Assembly: GCA_018780415.1 (NCBI GenBank)
Contig: JADMJQ010000084.1
Location: 1 to 52,721, forward strand
Source of the DNA: Roseateles sp.
GTDB taxonomy: Bacteria; Pseudomonadota; Gammaproteobacteria; Burkholderiales; Burkholderiaceae_C
DNA: 52,721 nt
Direction of reading: 5' to 3'
Shown here: one piece after another, positions 48,540 to 52,721 of the stretch
How positions within the stretch are numbered: the stretch's first letter is position 1
How the letters are laid out: every line of letters begins with the position of its first letter
Program-made: the position numbers and the translations under genes
The notes under the pieces: generated by a model
Seen by the model: the letters and a program-made list of their open reading frames with translations, nothing else
Told to the model about the DNA's origin: nothing
Database searches by the model: none

Positions 48540-49790
48540 ATGCTCTTCCGCCCCGAGGCCACCCAAAGCCGGCAACAGGCTTGGCTGGGCAGCATTCAGT
48601 TGCTGCGCCCGCTTTCGCTCAGACTGCTGAGCCTTACCGCCATCATGGCGGTAGTGGCCGTGGGCCTCTTTCTCACCAATGCCGAATACACCCGCAAAGC
48701 GCGCGTCAGTGGCTATCTGCTGCCCGACCTCGGCGTGCTGCGCATCAGCAGCGCCCAAGCGGCGACCGTGTTGACGCGCGAGGTCGGCGAGGGCCAAGCG
48801 GTCAAGGCCGGCGATGTGTTGTTCGTGCTCAGCCTGGACAGCGCCACGCAGAGCGCCGAGGCCATCGCCAAGAACCTGACGGCCGGCCAACAAAGCCTGC
48901 AAGCCAGCGCCGAACATCAACGGCAGTTAGCGCGCACTCAGCAGCAAACCCTTGCTCAGCGACGCAAGGGGCTGGCCCGCGAGCTGGATCTGTTGACGGC
49001 CGAGGCCGGCTTGCTGCAAGAGCGCCAGGCCTTGGCCGATGCGGCTTTGGCCAGGCTGGAGCAGCTCAGCCGCGACCAGTTCATTTCGACCGCCCAGGTG
49101 CAGGCCAAGCGCGAGGAGATCCTGGGTCTGCGTGCCCAGGGCCAGGCGCTGCAGCGGCAGCGCGAAACCTTGCTGCGCGAGCAGGAGGCGACGCTGGCCG
49201 AGGCGCAGCAATTGCCGCTGAAAGAGCAGGTGCTGCAGGGCGAGATTGCACGCGACAGCGCCGAGTTGAACCGGCTGGGCCTGGAAACCGAGGGCCGCCG
49301 CCGCCTGATCTTGCGCGCGCCCAGCGACGGCGTGGTCGCCACGCTGCAGGCCGAGGCCGGCCAAAGCGTCAACGCCGGCAGCGTTTTGGCAAGCCTGTTG
49401 CCGGCCGAGGCCAAGCTGCTGGCGCAGCTGTACGCACCGTCCAGCGCAGTCGGTTTTGTGCGCCCTCAGCAAGCGGTCAGGCTGCGTTATCAAGCCTTTC
49501 CCTATCAAAAATTCGGCAGCCAAAGCGGCCGGGTTCTGCAGGTTTCACGCACGCCGCTGACGCCGGCCGAGTTGGCCTTGCTGAACTTGCCGGCCGCACT
49601 CAGCCGCGGTGCGCAGAGTGAGCCGCTGTACCGCATCACCGTCGCCCTCGACCGCCAAACCGTCAATGCCTATGGCGAAGAACAGGCGCTTCAACCCGGC
49701 ATGCAGCTGGATGCCGATGTGCTGCTGGAGCGGCGGCGCCTGATCGAATGGATTTTTGAGCCCTTGCTGAGCCTCGCCCGCCGTGTCTGA
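48540..49790 (+). CDS. HlyD-family adaptor, CvaA/MchE/RaxA-like
   Basis: MLFRPEA, YTRKARVSGYL, LRAPSDG, LRYQAFPYQKFG, RRLIEWIFEPL. Confidence 0.92.
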   Translation: MLFRPEATQSRQQAWLGSIQLLRPLSLRLLSLTAIMAVVAVGLFLTNAEYTRKARVSGYLLPDLGVLRISSAQAATVLTREVGEGQAVKAGDVLFVLSLDSATQSAEAIAKNLTAGQQSLQASAEHQRQLARTQQQTLAQRRKGLARELDLLTAEAGLLQERQALADAALARLEQLSRDQFISTAQVQAKREEILGLRAQGQALQRQRETLLREQEATLAEAQQLPLKEQVLQGEIARDSAELNRLGLETEGRRRLILRAPSDGVVATLQAEAGQSVNAGSVLASLLPAEAKLLAQLYAPSSAVGFVRPQQAVRLRYQAFPYQKFGSQSGRVLQVSRTPLTPAELALLNLPAALSRGAQSEPLYRITVALDRQTVNAYGEEQALQPGMQLDADVLLERRRLIEWIFEPLLSLARRV

Positions 49791-51903
49791 TAACGCCGCC
49801 CGTTTGATTCAGCGCCTGCAGCTTGGTTGGCGTGGCCGCACACGCTTGCCGCTCACGCTGCAAACCGAGGCGGCCGAATGCGGCCTGGCCTGTTTGGCCA
49901 TGGTGGCCGCCCAATATGGGCTGAAGCTCAATCTGGCGCAGCTGCGGGCGCGCTTTTCGCTGTCGTTGAAGGGCGCAACGATGGCTGATCTGGTCCGTAT
50001 GGCGGGCGATCTTGGCCTCGCCAGCCGCGCGCTGCGAGCCGAGCCGGTGCATTTGGCGCAGCTGCATCTGCCGGCGATTCTGCATTGGGACTTCAATCAC
50101 TTTGTCGTGCTGGCCGAGGTCAGCGGCGACTATGCCGTGATCCATGACCCCGCGCATGGCCGGCGCCGCATGCGCCTGGCCGAGCTGTCGCGCCATTTCA
50201 CCGGCGTCGCGCTGGAGTTGCGGCCGGGCGCCGATTTCGCGCCTCAGGCGGCCGCACCCCAGCTGCGCTGGCGCCAGCTGTTCGGGCGCATCAGCGGCTT
50301 GAAGCGCTCGCTGGTGCAGATCCTGGGCCTGGCGCTGGCGCTCGAAATGCTGGCCCTGCTGTCGCCCTTTTTGCTGCAATGGGTGGTCGACGGCGTGTTG
50401 GTCAGCGCCGACCGCGACCTGCTGGTCACCCTCGGCCTGGGCTTCGGCCTGCTAGTGCTGCTGCAGGTCGGTGTCGGCGCGCTGCGCTCCTGGGCAGTGC
50501 TGTATCTATCGGCCTCGCTGAATGTGCAGTGGTTGACCCAGGTGTTCGCCCATTTGCTCAAGCTGCCGCTGGCCTGGTTCGAGAAGCGCCATATCGGCGA
50601 TATCTGGTCGCGCTTCAACAGCGTTCAGCTGATCCAGCGCACGCTTTCGACCCGTTTTGCCGAGGCGATTCTGGACGGGCTGATGGTGATACTCACCTTG
50701 GGCCTGATGTGGATCTACAGCCCCAGCCTGAGTGGCTTGGCACTGTTGGCGGTGGCGGCCTACGCGCTGCTGCGCTGGGCTTTCTTCAGACCGCTGCGTG
50801 AGGCCTCGGAAGAAGCCCTGGTGCACGAGGCCAAGCAGAACAGCCATTTCCTCGAATCGCTGCGCGGCGCCCAGGCCGTCAAGCTGTTCAACGCCCAGGC
50901 CGAACGCAGCGCCGCCTTCGCCAACCTGGTGGTCGAGCAGATGAACGCCGGCATCGCGGTGCGCCGGCTTGACCTCTGGATGGACGTCGGCCACAAGCTC
51001 TTGTTCGGCCTCGAGCGGGTTGCCATCATCTGGCTGGGTGCGCTGCTGGTGCTGGAGCGCGAGCTGTCGGTCGGCATGTTGTTCGCTTTCCTGGCCTACA
51101 AAGAGCAGTTCACGCTGCGGCTGGCCGGCCTGATCGACAAGGGCATCGAGCTGAGCATGTTGCGCCTGCAGGGCGAGCGTCTGGCCGACATCGTGCTGAC
51201 GGCGCCCGAGGTCGATACCGCAGGATCGGCGGTGCCCTCGCCTGCCGGCGCCGGCAGCCTGAGCTTGCAGGCGGTCAGCTTTCGCTATGCAGACGGCGAG
51301 CCGGCGGTACTGAGCGACTGCAGCTTTGAGGTTGCGGCGGGCGAGTCGGTCGCCATCGTCGGCCCCTCGGGCTGTGGCAAAACCACGCTGCTGAAGCTGC
51401 TGCTGGGCATACACAGGCCGCAGATCGGCGAGATCCGCATCGACGGCGTGCCACTGGCGCAAATTGGCCTGAGTGCCTGGCGTGCACGCATAGGCACGGT
51501 GATGCAGGACGACCAGCTCTTCGCCGGCAGCATCAAGGACAATATCGCCTTTTTTGACCCCGACGCCGACCCGCAGTGGGTCGAAGAATGCGCCGCAAAA
51601 GCCTGCGTGCTGGACGACATCCAGGCCATGCCCATGGGTTTTCAGAGCCTGATCGGCGATATGGGGAACACCTTGTCGGGCGGCCAACGCCAGCGCGTGT
51701 TGTTGGCGCGGGCCCTTTACAAGCGACCCCAGTTTCTGTTTCTCGATGAAGCGACCAGCGCGCTCGATGTGGCGCGTGAACGCGAGGTCAACGCTTCGCT
51801 GCGCGCCATGAAGCTGACCCGCATCATCATTGCCCATAGGCCCGAGACCATCGCTGCGGCCGAACGGGTGATCACGCTACGGGCCGGCCGGGCGCTGACT
51901 TGA
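49783..51903 (+). CDS. Peptidase-containing ABC transporter (C39), CvaB/MchF/RaxB-like
   Basis: QTEAAECGLACL (Cys), HWDFNHFVV (His), HDP (Asp); TM domain; GPSGCGKTT, LSGGQRQR, LDEATS. Confidence 0.95.
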   Translation: MSDNAARLIQRLQLGWRGRTRLPLTLQTEAAECGLACLAMVAAQYGLKLNLAQLRARFSLSLKGATMADLVRMAGDLGLASRALRAEPVHLAQLHLPAILHWDFNHFVVLAEVSGDYAVIHDPAHGRRRMRLAELSRHFTGVALELRPGADFAPQAAAPQLRWRQLFGRISGLKRSLVQILGLALALEMLALLSPFLLQWVVDGVLVSADRDLLVTLGLGFGLLVLLQVGVGALRSWAVLYLSASLNVQWLTQVFAHLLKLPLAWFEKRHIGDIWSRFNSVQLIQRTLSTRFAEAILDGLMVILTLGLMWIYSPSLSGLALLAVAAYALLRWAFFRPLREASEEALVHEAKQNSHFLESLRGAQAVKLFNAQAERSAAFANLVVEQMNAGIAVRRLDLWMDVGHKLLFGLERVAIIWLGALLVLERELSVGMLFAFLAYKEQFTLRLAGLIDKGIELSMLRLQGERLADIVLTAPEVDTAGSAVPSPAGAGSLSLQAVSFRYADGEPAVLSDCSFEVAAGESVAIVGPSGCGKTTLLKLLLGIHRPQIGEIRIDGVPLAQIGLSAWRARIGTVMQDDQLFAGSIKDNIAFFDPDADPQWVEECAAKACVLDDIQAMPMGFQSLIGDMGNTLSGGQRQRVLLARALYKRPQFLFLDEATSALDVAREREVNASLRAMKLTRIIIAHRPETIAAAERVITLRAGRALT

Positions 51904-52011
51904 CGCCGGCTATGGCCGGCATCGAATTTGCCAACTGGACGCTGGCTGCCGCTGAAATTAGAGTTCAGCTATTGATTCTTTGGCAACAATAGCAAGCAAG
52001 GGCAGAACAAA

Positions 52012-52233
52012 ATGGCAAAGACCGCAAGCTTCGGCGTCCTCCATCTCGGCACGTCCTTCGGCGTCACCTATGCCCTGACCTGCAATATCGCCATTGCCGG
52101 CGCGGTGACCTTCATCGAGCCACTGGTCTACACCGTCATGCATCACTTTTTCGAGAAGTACTGGGGCCACCCTGCTCTGCTGGCCTGGTGGGCGCGCCGC
52201 CGCATATCCACGGAAGCGGCCAGCCCGGCTTGA
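52012..52233 (+). CDS. DUF2061-family small protein
   Basis: KTASFGVLH...IEPLVYTVMHHFFEKYW. Confidence 0.75.
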   Translation: MAKTASFGVLHLGTSFGVTYALTCNIAIAGAVTFIEPLVYTVMHHFFEKYWGHPALLAWWARRRISTEAASPA

Positions 52234-52260
52234 TCCGCCGGGGCAGGACGGACCTCATCA

Positions 52261-52527
52261 TCAGGGCGCCGTCTGCTCTTCCATCCAGCCGAGCCAGCGC
52301 ATCGCCTGCTCGCGGCTGTCGCCGCACATCAGCTCGGACGGCTGCAGCGAGCCGCAGACCGCGGGCCGCTCTGGGCGGCCGAAAATCTTGCAGCGGTTCG
52401 CTTCGTCCAGCTGTATGCAGCGAACGCCGGCAGGCTTCGAAATACCGTCGACCACAGGCATGCCCGGGATGGGCGAGCTGATGGACGGGGCGATGCAACA
52501 GGCGGCGCAATGATCTCGGCATTTCAT
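52261..52527 (-). CDS. YkgJ/YeiW-family cysteine-cluster protein
   Basis: [21 protein letters not shown]...[11 protein letters not shown]...C.IFG..ERPAVC...MCG. Confidence 0.88.
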   Translation of the reverse strand: MKCRDHCAACCIAPSISSPIPGMPVVDGISKPAGVRCIQLDEANRCKIFGRPERPAVCGSLQPSELMCGDSREQAMRWLGWMEEQTAP

Positions 52528-52565
52528 CGCGCAATTGTCCGTCGACTTAGGTGCCAGACCGGCAC

Positions 52566-52574
52566 TTATCCACA
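52566..52574 (+). promoter_or_regulatory. Consensus DnaA box upstream of mnmG
   Basis: TTATCCACA perfect match in the divergent intergenic region. Confidence 0.5.
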
Positions 52575-52654
52575 GCCCCGCGTAAAATCTGCCGCTTGCC
52601 CGCGCGCGCAGTTTCCGCCGTGCCGAGGCCTTCTTTTCCAAGGCAAAACCACTC

Positions 52655-52721
52655 ATGCAATACCCCAAGCAATTCGACGTCATCGTGGTCGGCGGCGGCC
52701 ACGCCGGCACCGAGGCCGCGC
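52655..52721 (+). CDS. mnmG: tRNA uridine-5-carboxymethylaminomethyl modification enzyme (5' partial, runs off window)
   Basis: [22 protein letters not shown]. Confidence 0.88.
   Translation, partial: MQYPKQFDVIVVGGGHAGTEAA

Noticed and set aside
48312-51903. Reading the locus as colicin V/microcin, a lanthipeptide or raxX-raxSTAB
   Set aside because: Core is only 18 aa with no Cys or Tyr; no modification enzyme, sulfotransferase or small immunity gene is present. Only the exporter is shared.
52528-52654. oriC
   Set aside because: Only one DnaA box and no AT-rich unwinding element.

Overview
High-GC betaproteobacterial chromosome segment (gene content and order resemble Burkholderiales such as Paucibacter/Roseateles; the taxon is an inference). 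It runs from a surface lipoprotein and ubiA/ubiC/proC on the left to the 5' end of mnmG (gidA) on the right. About 50 CDSs are supported, mostly accessory: a PlpD-type patatin/beta-barrel with DUF4105 and DUF4136 genes, TsdA, DUF3302-HlyD-outer-membrane-factor, a LytS/LytTR pair, c-di-GMP enzymes, an iodotyrosine-deiodinase-like nitroreductase, several ABC systems and a PEP-CTERM protein. No rRNA, tRNA, CRISPR array or intact mobile element was seen. The best candidate for an undescribed system is 46969-51903. It contains an RsaM-like gene divergent from a LuxR solo whose AHL pocket is altered (no luxI in the window), followed by a lux-box-like 20-mer, a 51-aa double-glycine precursor (predicted 18-aa core AGSAAPTAGELPLPKSGW), HlyD and a C39 peptidase-containing ABC exporter. 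This is the layout of a LuxR-controlled, possibly peptide-signal, circuit in a Gram-negative bacterium. A second signal is an exact 17-bp motif shared by the LytS kinase upstream region and the hydrolase-natAB-like operon 21.6 kb away. All family assignments come from motif recognition by eye; no database searches were run.
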